From contig JAXGPA010000007.1 of NCBI GenBank assembly GCA_040767195.1, positions 52,764 through 116,763 on the forward strand: a DNA stretch of 64,000 bases. The letters are read 5' to 3'. A model generated the notes under the pieces. It had not been told where the DNA came from. It saw only the letters and a list, made by a program, of their open reading frames with translations, and searched no databases. The position numbers and the translations under genes are program-made. Below are positions 19,374-28,911 of this stretch, piece after piece (the first letter of the stretch is position 1; each line of letters begins with the position of its first letter). The stretch comes from Syntrophales bacterium. Its GTDB lineage: Bacteria > Desulfobacterota > Syntrophia > Syntrophales > UBA6807.

Positions 19374-20462
19374 CTATGCGGACAGTACCGAACAGTGGCC
19401 CGGTTCGAATTGTATCGTCACGGGGTCGCCCTCCCGGAGGCCCGCGGTGGGGTCGAGGCGGGCGACGAAAAGAACGTTCCCGACCCGGATTTCCCCTTCA
19501 CAGGCCTCTCCGATGAAAAGAAGGGATTCCAGCCGTCCCCTGTAGAGGTTAACGCCATCGGGGGTCTCCGGCGCCTTCAAATCGATGAATTCAGGCCGGA
19601 TGCAGACGGACACGGGGTTTCCCGCCCTGATGCCCTCTCTGGTCCGGCAGACGACGGTTCCGATGGCCGTGTCGACAAGGGTCCGGGGTCCTTCAAGGGC
19701 GGCGACGGTGCCCTCGATCAGGTTGGCCCGGCCGATGAAGTCGGCGACGAACCGCCGGCCGGATTTGAAATAAATATCCCTGGGTGTCCCGATTTCAATG
19801 ATCCGGCCCTCTTTCATGACGGCGACCTGGTCGGACAGGGACAGGGCCTCGATCCGGTCGTGGGTCACATAAATGGCGGTGATCTTCAATTCCGTGAGAA
19901 AGCTCCGGAGTTCCTTCCGGGTTTCCTCCCGCAGCTTGGCGTCGAGGTTGCTCAAGGGTTCGTCGAAGAGGATGACGGCGGGTTCGGCGATGAGGGCCCG
20001 GGCCAGGGCCACCCGCTGCTGCTGCCCGCCGCTCAGTTTCGTCGCCGGCCGGGTTTCAAAGCCCCCCAGCTGGACGAACCGGAGAACTTTTTCCACCCGG
20101 GCCCGGATTTCATCCCGGGGCACCTTCCGGGTTTCCAGGGGGTAGGCCACATTGTCGAAGACGGTCATGTGGGGCCAGATGGCGTAAGTCTGGAACACCA
20201 TCCCCAAACCCCGCTTTTCCGTCGGTACGAAGATGTTTTTCTCCCGGGACCAGACGATCTCGTCACCGATGGATATCTCCCCCCGGTCGGGCGTTTCGAG
20301 GCCCACGATGCACCGGAGAAGGGTCGTCTTGCCACAGCCGCTCGGCCCGAGAAGGGTGAAGATCCGGTTTGCCGGGATGTTGAGGTTCACATCCGCCAGG
20401 GCCGTGATCGTCCGGCCCTCGGTGTGAAAATCCTTGCTGACACCCCGGACTCGGATTTCCAC
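19374..20462 (-). CDS. ABC transporter ATP-binding protein (PotA/FbpC type with TOBE domain)
   Basis: GPSGCGKTT, LSGGQQQR and FDEPLSNLD motifs; likely GTG start at 20462. Confidence 0.93.
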   Translation of the reverse strand: MEIRVRGVSKDFHTEGRTITALADVNLNIPANRIFTLLGPSGCGKTTLLRCIVGLETPDRGEISIGDEIVWSREKNIFVPTEKRGLGMVFQTYAIWPHMTVFDNVAYPLETRKVPRDEIRARVEKVLRFVQLGGFETRPATKLSGGQQQRVALARALIAEPAVILFDEPLSNLDAKLREETRKELRSFLTELKITAIYVTHDRIEALSLSDQVAVMKEGRIIEIGTPRDIYFKSGRRFVADFIGRANLIEGTVAALEGPRTLVDTAIGTVVCRTREGIRAGNPVSVCIRPEFIDLKAPETPDGVNLYRGRLESLLFIGEACEGEIRVGNVLFVARLDPTAGLREGDPVTIQFEPGHCSVLSA

Positions 20463-20463
20463 C

Positions 20464-21489
20464 TTACGGTCCCTGGAAAATTTTCCTGAACGTATCTCCC
20501 CACTGGCGGGTTTCGTCATCGGAAAGATCCCGGATGGGCAGGACTTTCGCCTGGTCGATGCCGTCAATGGGCGGGAAGACGCCGGGGGCAAGGACATATT
20601 CCCCCACCTGGTCCGCCAGAAGCTTCATGGCCTCGCCGGAGAGCCAGTAGTCCATGAAGAGACGGGCGGCGGCGGGATGGGGGGCGGACGCGGCCACGGC
20701 GATGCCCCGGGGCGTGCCCAGGAGCGGCTGTTCCACCCGGGCCCAGTCCAGGGGGGCGGGGGCCTTCGTGATGATGTACTTGGGCATGGAGACGGCGATC
20801 AGTTTTTCCCCGCTTTCCACGGGAGCCGGCGTGGGTCCGAATGAAGCGACGAACATGGGCCTGTTCGCGGCCAGCCCCCGGAGGAACCTCATCCATGAGG
20901 CCTCGGAGGCGAAGACGTGTTCCTTCAGGCCGATGAGCCAGGAGATGGTTGTTGCGTGGGTGGATGGATCGGCCATGACGATTTTTCCCCGCCACTTCGG
21001 GTTCGCCAGGTCCTCGTACCGTTTCGGAACATCGGCCGGCTTGACCAGTTCCCGATTGTAGATCAGGGCCACGTATTCGATACCGAAGGCCTGAATCCGG
21101 CTGTCCTGCCGGGTCCATTCGGGGTATCCGGCGGCGGCGGGGGAGGCGTAGGGCGCCAGGACACCCTTGTCCTTCAGGAATTCCAGGATGGGCATGGGCG
21201 CCTGAAGAACGTCCGCCATGAGTTTCCCCGCCTGGTGTTCCGTGAGGACCGTGGCGAGGAATTTGGAAGTGGAAATTCTCGTGTATTCACCCTTGACGCC
21301 GTATTTCCCCGTGAACGCCTCCATGATGGGCTCCACGGCGGTGATATTGGCATAAAAGGTGGCTTTCCCCTCTTTTTTCGCCTGCTCGAGGGAATTCCCT
21401 GCCGCCGGGGAGATGCCGAAGACCGGCGTAAGGGCCGGCAGGACGATCAAGAGGGTGAGACAAAAGGTCAGTGACACCCGCTTTTTCAT
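20464..21489 (-). CDS. ABC transporter extracellular solute-binding protein
   Basis: Signal peptide from ATG 21489 (MKKRVSL); LIYNRELV..P..YEDL..PKWRGK and APHPAAARLFMDY motifs. Confidence 0.9.
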   Translation of the reverse strand: MKKRVSLTFCLTLLIVLPALTPVFGISPAAGNSLEQAKKEGKATFYANITAVEPIMEAFTGKYGVKGEYTRISTSKFLATVLTEHQAGKLMADVLQAPMPILEFLKDKGVLAPYASPAAAGYPEWTRQDSRIQAFGIEYVALIYNRELVKPADVPKRYEDLANPKWRGKIVMADPSTHATTISWLIGLKEHVFASEASWMRFLRGLAANRPMFVASFGPTPAPVESGEKLIAVSMPKYIITKAPAPLDWARVEQPLLGTPRGIAVAASAPHPAAARLFMDYWLSGEAMKLLADQVGEYVLAPGVFPPIDGIDQAKVLPIRDLSDDETRQWGDTFRKIFQGP

Positions 21490-21695
21490 GATGCGCCCTC
21501 CTTTCAGTAAGGTACTGAATGAAAAGTAACAGCTTGATATCTCTCTGTCAAAAGAAATCGGAGAAAGGGTTTGCTTGACTTTATCCATCCGTTTCCATCA
21601 TATTGCTCCATTATGCAGCGTGTCACGGACGAGAGGGCGATACCTGGAAGGGCGGGCCCTCATTTTCGTTTCAGCCGTGACGACGTCGTGAACCG

Positions 21696-22226
21696 ATGGA
21701 CGACCTTCTCCTTCTGAAAGCCCTGGCCTTTGCCGCGGAAAAACACCGGGGCCACCGGCGAAAGGATGCCGAAGCCACCCCATACATCAACCACCTGGTG
21801 ACGGTAGCCCTCCTTGTCGCCGAGGCCTGTCGAAAGGTGGACCGGGAGGTCGTCGCTGCCGCCCTGCTCCACGACACCCTGGAAGACACGGACACGTCCC
21901 CGGACGAACTGGAGGTGGTCTTCGGGCCCCGTGTGCGGGGCCTCGTCGAGGAAGTGACGGACGACAAGTCTCTCCCCAAGGACAGGCGCAAGAGGCTCCA
22001 GGTGACCCATGCCCCCTTGCTGTCGCGGGAGGCGTCGATGGTGAAAATCGCCGACAAGATCTCGAACGTCCGGGATATCCTGGAACGGCCGCCGGCCCGG
22101 TGGCCCGAATCCCGGAGGCAGGCGTACCTCGCCTGGGCGGCGGAAGTCGTGGCCCGCTGCCCGAAAACGGGAACGGACCTGGAAAAACTTTTTTTTGAAA
22201 CCCTGAAGAATAGATCCTTCCCGTGA
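21696..22226 (+). CDS. HD-domain small alarmone hydrolase (Mesh1/SAH-like)
   Basis: HRGHRRKD..PYINH, LLHDTLED, VTDDK and KIADKISN motifs; hydrolase domain only. Confidence 0.88.
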   Translation: MDDLLLLKALAFAAEKHRGHRRKDAEATPYINHLVTVALLVAEACRKVDREVVAAALLHDTLEDTDTSPDELEVVFGPRVRGLVEEVTDDKSLPKDRRKRLQVTHAPLLSREASMVKIADKISNVRDILERPPARWPESRRQAYLAWAAEVVARCPKTGTDLEKLFFETLKNRSFP

Positions 22227-22453
22227 TCAGGAATGGTCACGCACGGTCATTTTTAACCAGAAGCGCAAACATAAAATAAGGGGACAGCTTTACGTTCTTT
22301 TATCAAAAATGTTTGATTCCCTTCAGCGGATGCGATAGAAAGACGGCGCTTACGGGAATGGAAGAGCTTGCTTTCCCGCCGCCCGTGGATGTAGCCGGCT
22401 GGAACGGAAATTGCTCAAGACGGTGTAACAATGAATCATGGATGGAGGTTTCA

Positions 22454-23164
22454 ATGCGAAAAAAAGTAATGTTGCTGTGGATACTGGCGTTCATGATCCC
22501 GGTCTTCGCGTCGGCGGCGTTCGCTGAATGCGTGGATGGGGACTGTGTCAACGGCAGGGGAAAATACGTGTACCCCGACGGGCGCGAGTACGAAGGAAGT
22601 TTCAAGGACGGCGTGCCCCACGGACGGGGCGCTTTCACCTATCCCGACAAAAAAGAGAAACGGGGGGATAGGGTTCTCACCTATCTCACCGGCGGCCGTT
22701 ACGAGGGGGAAATCAAAGACGGAAAGAAAGAAGGCCGGGGACGATTTTATTATACGAACGGCAGCGAATACAAAGGCCTCTTCAGAGAGGATAAGAGGGA
22801 GGGGGAAGGTACCCTGACGTTCAAGGACGGCTCGAAATACGATGGGGAATTCAAAAACAACAAGATGGACGGAAAGGGTGTCATGACAAACGCCGACGGG
22901 AGCCGGTACGAAGGGGAATTCAAGGAAGGGAACCCCCACGGGAAAGGCATCTTCACCTTTGCTGACGGCCGGAGATACGAAGGGGACTTGAGGGAGAACC
23001 GGATTACGGGAAAGGGAACCCTGCTCTTTCCCGATGGACGGAAATATGTCGGTGAGTTCAAGGAAGAAACCATGAACGGGGAAGGAACCCTGTTCTATCC
23101 GGACGGACGTAAGCAGACCGGCCGTTTCGAGAACGGCGAATTCGTGTCGGAGAAGACGGAATAG
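22454..23164 (+). CDS. Exported MORN-repeat protein
   Basis: Signal peptide from ATG 22454 (GGAGG RBS); ECVDGDCVNG cap; about 8 YEGEFKxGxxxGxG repeats. Confidence 0.9.
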   Translation: MRKKVMLLWILAFMIPVFASAAFAECVDGDCVNGRGKYVYPDGREYEGSFKDGVPHGRGAFTYPDKKEKRGDRVLTYLTGGRYEGEIKDGKKEGRGRFYYTNGSEYKGLFREDKREGEGTLTFKDGSKYDGEFKNNKMDGKGVMTNADGSRYEGEFKEGNPHGKGIFTFADGRRYEGDLRENRITGKGTLLFPDGRKYVGEFKEETMNGEGTLFYPDGRKQTGRFENGEFVSEKTE

Positions 23165-23222
23165 GACGCGCCATGAAGGCACCGGCTGCGGCCGACGTTC
23201 TCTTCTGAACGGACAGGATAGA

Positions 23223-24359
23223 ATGTATAAACACAGACATATAGCGGTGATTCTTTCCCTGCTGATTACCGGCCTTCTTCTATTCCCGGCCGCCGGGGAG
23301 GGAAAGGCGGAGGGAGAGTTCAGTCTTCGCGTCTTTCACACGGGCAACGTGGCGGGCAAGGTGTCGCCCTGTTCCACCTGAGGCGGCTCCACGTTGGGCG
23401 GTCTGGCCCGGCGCGTTTCCTATATTCTCGGAGAAAGATCCCGGGATGGGGCCATTCTCGTCGTCGATTCGGGCAATCTTTTCCCGAAACGGAAAACGGA
23501 ACGGGCCGGCGGCACCGAAACCGGGACCGCCGGTCTCCTGGCCAGGGCTTATGGCCGTATGGCCGTTGACGCCGTAAACGTGGGCCCGGCGGAAGCCGCC
23601 ATGGGACGGGAGTTATTCAGCCGGCCGGAGATCAGTCGGCTGCCCTGGATTTCTTCAAACATCGTCAACGAACGGGGCGACCCCCTGTTTGATCCTTATA
23701 TCATAAAGAATGTCGGTAACGTGCGTGTCGGTATCCTGGGGTTCACCAGCCTGGCGGACGATCCCGCGATCAAGAAGGGATTCGGGAGCGGCCATGCCGT
23801 TGCCGATCCCGTTACCGCCACCCGGAAGATCATCGGGGAGATTTCCGGAAAAACGGATGTGATTCTGGTCTTGTCCTGCCTGGCTCCCGAAGAGATTCGC
23901 CGGCTTGCGGCGGAAAATCGCGGGACCTGTTTCATCCTGGGCGGCGGGGAGGGGAGGACAACCGTCCACCCGCACCGGGAGTCGGAGACCCTGGTGCTCC
24001 GGTCCGGCAAAGACGGGATGTACGTGGGCCGCCTCAACCTGTCCTGCACGGGTTCCATGACGGGGTTTCTGGATGCCGAAGAAGAAAGCCGTCTCCACCT
24101 GGAACTGCAGAACCTGGAACAGCGGATAGCCGCCCTCGTGAAAGCCCGGCAAAACAAGGACACCCCCGCCCTGGAGAAAATGATCGGCGACCTGTTATCG
24201 AGAAAATCAGCCCTGGAAGAAAAATTGACGGCCATCTGCGCCTGCGGGACGGAGACGGGAAAATTCACATGGGATCTTGTTCCCATGGAAAGCGACATCC
24301 CCGGGGATGAGACCGTTCTCGACTGGATCCGGGAGGCGGGCCTGGAGGGATCGTCGTGA
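23223..24359 (+). CDS. UshA-like (5'-nucleotidase fold) selenoprotein, 378 aa with UGA=Sec at codon 53
   Basis: ATG 23223 with AGGA RBS, signal peptide, then FHTGNVAGKVSPCST-UGA(23379-23381)-GGSTLGGLARR, in frame with the 23394..24359 ORF; SECIS-like hairpin follows. Confidence 0.85.
23392..23413 (+). promoter_or_regulatory. Candidate bacterial SECIS element
   Basis: Stem CGTTGGGC/GCCCGGCG (two G-U pairs) with loop GGTCTG starting 18 nt after the UGA. Confidence 0.7.
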
Positions 24360-24380
24360 CCGGAAGGATCCCCAGCTGAC

Positions 24381-24878
24381 ATGGGGAAGACGAAAAAAAA
24401 CGCGTTTCAGGCGGCCCTGCTCATCCTCGGGAGCATCCTCGCGGCGACGGCCTTCAACGCCGTGAGCCCGTCAGGCCTTCCATGGCTGGGCGACTGGTCA
24501 CCCGGGGCGGTCGCCGGGCTCTACCTGGAAGACCTGGACGAGATCACCGCTGACAGGGTTCTTGTGCTGGAGCGGGAGGGTCTCCTTGTCTTTCTCGACC
24601 CCCAAGACCCCGTGTTTTACAGCGAGGATCCTCCGCCCGGTTCCATCAATGTCACGCCCCGGAACGTCCCGGCCATGATCGATGAAATCAGGGTTCTCGC
24701 CGGTGCGGGATTGAAGCTCGTCATCCTCTGCGACGGCGGCCGCTGTACCCGGGGAATGGAACTGGCCCGGGTTCTCGAGAGCCGTGGATTTCGTGATTTC
24801 AAAATTTTCAGGAACGGGGAGTCGAGAAGCTCGGAGAAGACGGACGGCGCGTCGGTCCCGGGAAAGGAGAACTCGTGA
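24381..24878 (+). CDS. Membrane-anchored rhodanese-like domain protein
   Basis: N-terminal TM ending NAVSPSGLPW; PGSINV, LVILCDGGRC and LESRGF motifs. Confidence 0.75.
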   Translation: MGKTKKNAFQAALLILGSILAATAFNAVSPSGLPWLGDWSPGAVAGLYLEDLDEITADRVLVLEREGLLVFLDPQDPVFYSEDPPPGSINVTPRNVPAMIDEIRVLAGAGLKLVILCDGGRCTRGMELARVLESRGFRDFKIFRNGESRSSEKTDGASVPGKENS

Positions 24879-25339
24879 ACCGGGCGCGCCGGGTGAGAGA
24901 AAAATGGTTTGCGGCGGTTCTGCTTGTTTCACGGCTTTTTCTCGGAGGGGTCTTCCTCTTCTCCGGCGTGACGAAAATCCTCGAGCCCGGGGGGTTCGCC
25001 CTTTCCATCTATCATTATCAGCTCCTGCCCGATCTCCTCGTCAACCCGGCGGCCATCATACTGCCCTGGGTCGAGGTAATCTGCGGTATGGCCCTGATCC
25101 TGCGCTGGTGGGTCGGCGGCGCCTCTCTTGTCGTCACGGGGCTTCTGCTCGTCTTTCTGATGGCCCTCGCCATCACCCTCGTCAGGGGCCTCGACATCTC
25201 CTGCGGCTGTTTTTCCTCGACAGGGGAAGGAAAAATATCCTGGTGGTATCTCCTCCGGGACTTCTCCCTTTTCGCCATGGGAATCCTCATTCTTCTTTTT
25301 CACGACAGGGAAACCGGCGGGCCGCCGGCTGAAGCCTGA
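24875..25339 (+). CDS. MauE/DoxX family redox-associated membrane protein
   Basis: RLFLGGVFLFSGVTK, LPWVE, RGLDISCGCF and LLRD motifs; GTGA overlap with the upstream gene. Confidence 0.9.
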   Translation: MNRARRVREKWFAAVLLVSRLFLGGVFLFSGVTKILEPGGFALSIYHYQLLPDLLVNPAAIILPWVEVICGMALILRWWVGGASLVVTGLLLVFLMALAITLVRGLDISCGCFSSTGEGKISWWYLLRDFSLFAMGILILLFHDRETGGPPAEA

Positions 25340-25432
25340 ATTCTTTCCTTTTTAAAAAGCCTTTGAATCCTGACTGTTAACATCTTTGGGCGGATGCCAT
25401 GTCAGCGCCGGGAATTTTTTTTTTCAAACCGG

Positions 25433-25460
25433 TTGCGTTTCAATTCCTTTTATGTATACT
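25433..25460 (+). promoter_or_regulatory. Putative sigma70 promoter of the ATPase operon
   Basis: TTGCGT-16 nt-TATACT, about 360 nt upstream of subunit I. Confidence 0.45.
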
Positions 25461-25822
25461 GTAACTGCCCCTTTTAGCATTCAGGATCTGAAGAGAGGGG
25501 CGCGCACCCAATCAGACAGAGGCCGCGTACAGGTTGTTTCTCATGCACACGGGGCGGGACGTCATTACCGGAAGCCCGTTTTAGGCAGCAAGCAAGCGAA
25601 ACCCGCCCGGAAAGCCGTTTCAGGAAAGGCCATCTCGGAAAGGATGCGTTTCTTCCACGGGACCTGGAATTCGACCCTTGAAGTCGTCAGACCCACCGGG
25701 GGGAAAGGGTTCGGCGGTGCCTGTTTCTTTTTTGCGTCGACACGAAAATCCAAAAGAACAACGGATTCGGGGTTGTCTTCCCCGACAGTGCAGGACCGAT
25801 TTCACGGAAAGGCCCGAATGAA

Positions 25823-27820
25823 ATGATGCCCATTTTTGTCAGTCTTCCCGAGGCCATGGTCAAGCTGAAAGTGGTGACGATCAAGGGGTCCTTTGAAAAG
25901 GCCCTTTCCACGCTCCAGGGCCTGGGTGTTCTTCACATCGAGGAAGCCAAGGAACTGACCCCCGTCGAGAAGGAAGCCATCGAAGACCGGCGGGCCCAGG
26001 TCAGGAAGGCCCTGGCCTCTGTTCAGGACATCCTGTCCTTTCTGCCGGGGGAAAGAGAGGTCTTCATCGGGGATGTCCCTCCTACCGTCGATGAAGCGCT
26101 GCGAGGGGTGGAAAAACTTCAAAACGAGATTTCAAGGCGCCTGTCGGACATTCAGAAGACGGAGCAGGAAATTTCCAGGTCCGGAGACCTGGAACGCTAC
26201 CTGGCCGTTCTCCCCGGCAGCGGGGGTATGTCCCTGCGGGACTTTCACTACGACGGGCCCTATCTTTTCACCGCCGTTTATGTCTTCACGGAAGAAGCCT
26301 CTCGGACCTTCCGGGAGAAGTCTTCCGCTTATATCATCGATCTCGTGAGCGCTTCCGCGGGCAACGAGGCCGTCGTCTTTGTGGTGGCCAGGAAGGATGA
26401 CAGAAAGGTCCTGGAAGACACCGCGTCGGCCCTGGGGGCCGCCGCGATCGCCGTGCCGGAAGGGGACCGGGCGCTTGCCGACTTTCTCGGAGAGGAAAGA
26501 AAGCGGCAGGAAGACAGGGAAGGCCGCCTGGCCCGCCTGCGAGCGGACCTCCAGGCGTGCATCCTGGAGAATCTGCCCGACCTGGCCCAGCACCGGGAAA
26601 TTCTGGCGGCGGAATATGAGCGCCTTTCAGCCCTGGACTGGGCCAGCGGAACCTCTTACGTGACCCTCATGGAGGGCTGGATTCCTAAAGGAGACGTGGA
26701 AAACGCGACAAGCCGCCTCCGGGAAGCCGTGCCTTACAGTTTCGTCGATACGAGACCCCCGGAAAGGGGTGAAGAGCCGCCCACGCGGCTCCGGAACCCG
26801 AAGGGGGTCCGGCCTTTCGAAGTGGTCGTCAAGCTCTTCAGCATTCCCCGCTATGGCGAGTGGGACCCCACGCCGGTGGTGGCCTATTTCTTCGCGTTTT
26901 TCTTCGGTATCATGCTGAACGACATGGTCTACGCCGTGGGACTTCTTCTCCTGGCCCGTTTTTTCCTGGACAAGCTCGTCGACGACCCGACAAGCGAGGG
27001 AACCCGGCTTTTCCGCAATGTCCTGTACATCGGCGGGCTCGTTTCCCTGGTTTTCGGGATTCTATCGGGAACCTACCTGGGCGATTTTCTGAACCGCTAC
27101 TTCGGCATCGAGCTGGACACCCTGGCCCTGTCCCGGGCTGTCCAGGCAAAGCTTTCCGACCCCATCTCGTTCATCGTCCTGGCACTCATCATCGGCCTGA
27201 TCCACCTCAACCTGGCTCACATGTTCGGGTTCATCAAGGGAATCCGGGAAAAAAGCTGGGGCATCGTCCTCAACAAAATCGGCCTTTTCCTTCTCCAGAT
27301 CTTCGGCATTCCCTACCTGTTCCACGGGATGCTTCAGATCGACCTGATCCCCGTGAGCCCGGCCCTTTACGGGAGCTTCGCCTATCCCATGTACGGCGGC
27401 CTCATCCTGGTCATCGTCGGCAGCGTGGTCCAGATGGGCGCCCTGGGGGGTGTGTTCTGGCTCTTCGACGTGACGGGCATCCTGGGGGACGTCATGTCAT
27501 ACTCCCGTCTTGCCGGCGTGGGGTTGGCCACCTTCTATCTCGCATCATCCTTCAACCTTCTCGCCGAGTGGGTTTCCCGGGGCGTGTCCTCGGCCGTCCC
27601 GGGGATTATCGGCGTCGCCATAGGATTCATCCTGGGGGTCGCTCTTCTTCTCATCTTTCACGTCTTCAATCTCCTTCTCAGCGTTCTGGCGGCGTTCATC
27701 CACTCCCTCAGGCTCTGTTTCGTCGAGTTTCTTCTTAAATTTTTCGAGGGAGGGGGCCGGGAATACGATCCCCTGCAACTGAAACATCGCAAGAGAGTCA
27801 TCTTGGGTAAAAAATCTTAA
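25823..27820 (+). CDS. atpI: A/V-type ATPase subunit I (a)
   Basis: EGWIP, EEPPTRLRNP, PRYGEWDPT, SYSRL (essential Arg) and HSLRLCFVEF..KFFEGGG motifs. Confidence 0.95.
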   Translation: MMPIFVSLPEAMVKLKVVTIKGSFEKALSTLQGLGVLHIEEAKELTPVEKEAIEDRRAQVRKALASVQDILSFLPGEREVFIGDVPPTVDEALRGVEKLQNEISRRLSDIQKTEQEISRSGDLERYLAVLPGSGGMSLRDFHYDGPYLFTAVYVFTEEASRTFREKSSAYIIDLVSASAGNEAVVFVVARKDDRKVLEDTASALGAAAIAVPEGDRALADFLGEERKRQEDREGRLARLRADLQACILENLPDLAQHREILAAEYERLSALDWASGTSYVTLMEGWIPKGDVENATSRLREAVPYSFVDTRPPERGEEPPTRLRNPKGVRPFEVVVKLFSIPRYGEWDPTPVVAYFFAFFFGIMLNDMVYAVGLLLLARFFLDKLVDDPTSEGTRLFRNVLYIGGLVSLVFGILSGTYLGDFLNRYFGIELDTLALSRAVQAKLSDPISFIVLALIIGLIHLNLAHMFGFIKGIREKSWGIVLNKIGLFLLQIFGIPYLFHGMLQIDLIPVSPALYGSFAYPMYGGLILVIVGSVVQMGALGGVFWLFDVTGILGDVMSYSRLAGVGLATFYLASSFNLLAEWVSRGVSSAVPGIIGVAIGFILGVALLLIFHVFNLLLSVLAAFIHSLRLCFVEFLLKFFEGGGREYDPLQLKHRKRVILGKKS

Positions 27821-27833
27821 GGAGAGGTGAGAT

Positions 27834-28301
27834 ATGACGACCATTCAAGCCCTGGCGACGTTTGGCGGTGCGCTGGCACTGGCGGGAGGACTGGCGGGTT
27901 CCGCCATGGGAATCGCGAATGCCGGTTCGGCGGGCACGGCGACGCTTTCCGAGGACGCGGGACAGCTCCGGAACGTGATCGTCCTGGCGTCCCTGCCCAT
28001 GACGCAGACCTTTTACGGCCTCATCATCCTGATCATCATCCTGACCGTTTCCATGCCCAAGCTGCCGGAAGCGGGAGGGACAGGGATCGCCATGGTCGGA
28101 ATCGGTCTCATGGCCGGGTTCGCCGAGTTTTTCTCTGCCATTTTCCAGGGGGCCGTCTGCGCTTCCGGTATCGCCCTCCTTCCGAAAACAAAGGGCAGGA
28201 TCCTGACGGCATCGATGATGCTGGCCGTTTTCGTCGAGTTGATCGGCGTTCTCGGTCTCGTTTTCACGATCATGGCCCTCAGCATCCTCAGGCTCATGTG
28301 A
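27834..28301 (+). CDS. atpK: A/V-type ATPase proteolipid subunit K (c), two hairpins
   Basis: 4 TMs; LPMTQTFYG, SAIFQG and FVELIG motifs. Confidence 0.93.
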   Translation: MTTIQALATFGGALALAGGLAGSAMGIANAGSAGTATLSEDAGQLRNVIVLASLPMTQTFYGLIILIIILTVSMPKLPEAGGTGIAMVGIGLMAGFAEFFSAIFQGAVCASGIALLPKTKGRILTASMMLAVFVELIGVLGLVFTIMALSILRLM

Positions 28302-28314
28302 AAAGGGGAAGACC

Positions 28315-28911
28315 ATGGACACGAGCAAACTGAGAGAGGCCATTCTCGACAAGGCGCGGGAGGAAGCGGACCGGATTCTCGCCGATGCCGAGACGAAATC
28401 CCGCGAAATTGTGAAAAAGGCGGAGGACCAGTTCCGGGAAAGGGTCGAATCGGAAAAGAAAAAAATCCTGTCGGAAGCCCGGCGGGAATCGGCGAAAAGG
28501 GTGGCCCAGGCATCCCTGGAGGGGCGCCAGTCGATTCTCCGGGAAAAGGACAGGATTATCGGGGATATCCTCGACAAAGTCCGGGCGAGCCTCAAGGAGA
28601 CATCCCTGGAAGAGGGAAACCTCCGCAAGCTGGTGCGGGAAACCATCGAGGCCTTTGAATCGGATGTGCCGGTCCGGCTTTACGGGGCCCCCCGGGACCT
28701 GCCGGCCCTCCAGGCCCTTGTCGCGGAGGACGGCGACCTGGGGAAACGGGTCATCGACGTCCGCGAAAAGGAGGGGCTCGGCGGAATCCTGGCCGAGACG
28801 GAAGACGGCATGGTGAGTATCGACAACACCTTCGAAACCCGGCTTTCCATGCTTCTGCCCGATATCATGCCCGAGATGGCAAAAAGACTTTTTGGAGAAG
28901 GGGACCATTGA
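28315..28911 (+). CDS. atpE: A/V-type ATPase subunit E
   Basis: N-terminal coiled coil; GGILAE..G...IDNTFETRL motif. Confidence 0.9.
   Translation: MDTSKLREAILDKAREEADRILADAETKSREIVKKAEDQFRERVESEKKKILSEARRESAKRVAQASLEGRQSILREKDRIIGDILDKVRASLKETSLEEGNLRKLVRETIEAFESDVPVRLYGAPRDLPALQALVAEDGDLGKRVIDVREKEGLGGILAETEDGMVSIDNTFETRLSMLLPDIMPEMAKRLFGEGDH

Noticed and set aside
22536..23150. Periodic repeats that might be a CRISPR array or DNA tandem repeat
   Set aside because: The periodicity is protein-level MORN repeats with degenerate codons; there are no identical repeats with unique spacers and no cas genes in the window.
25513..25730. 6S RNA or yybP-ykoY riboswitch identity for the ATPase leader
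   Set aside because: Only short fragments resemble them (CCCACC..GGGTTC; CGTCATTAC). The GGGGAGTAGC core and the usual zapA/ygfA context are absent, so it is left as an unassigned structured leader.
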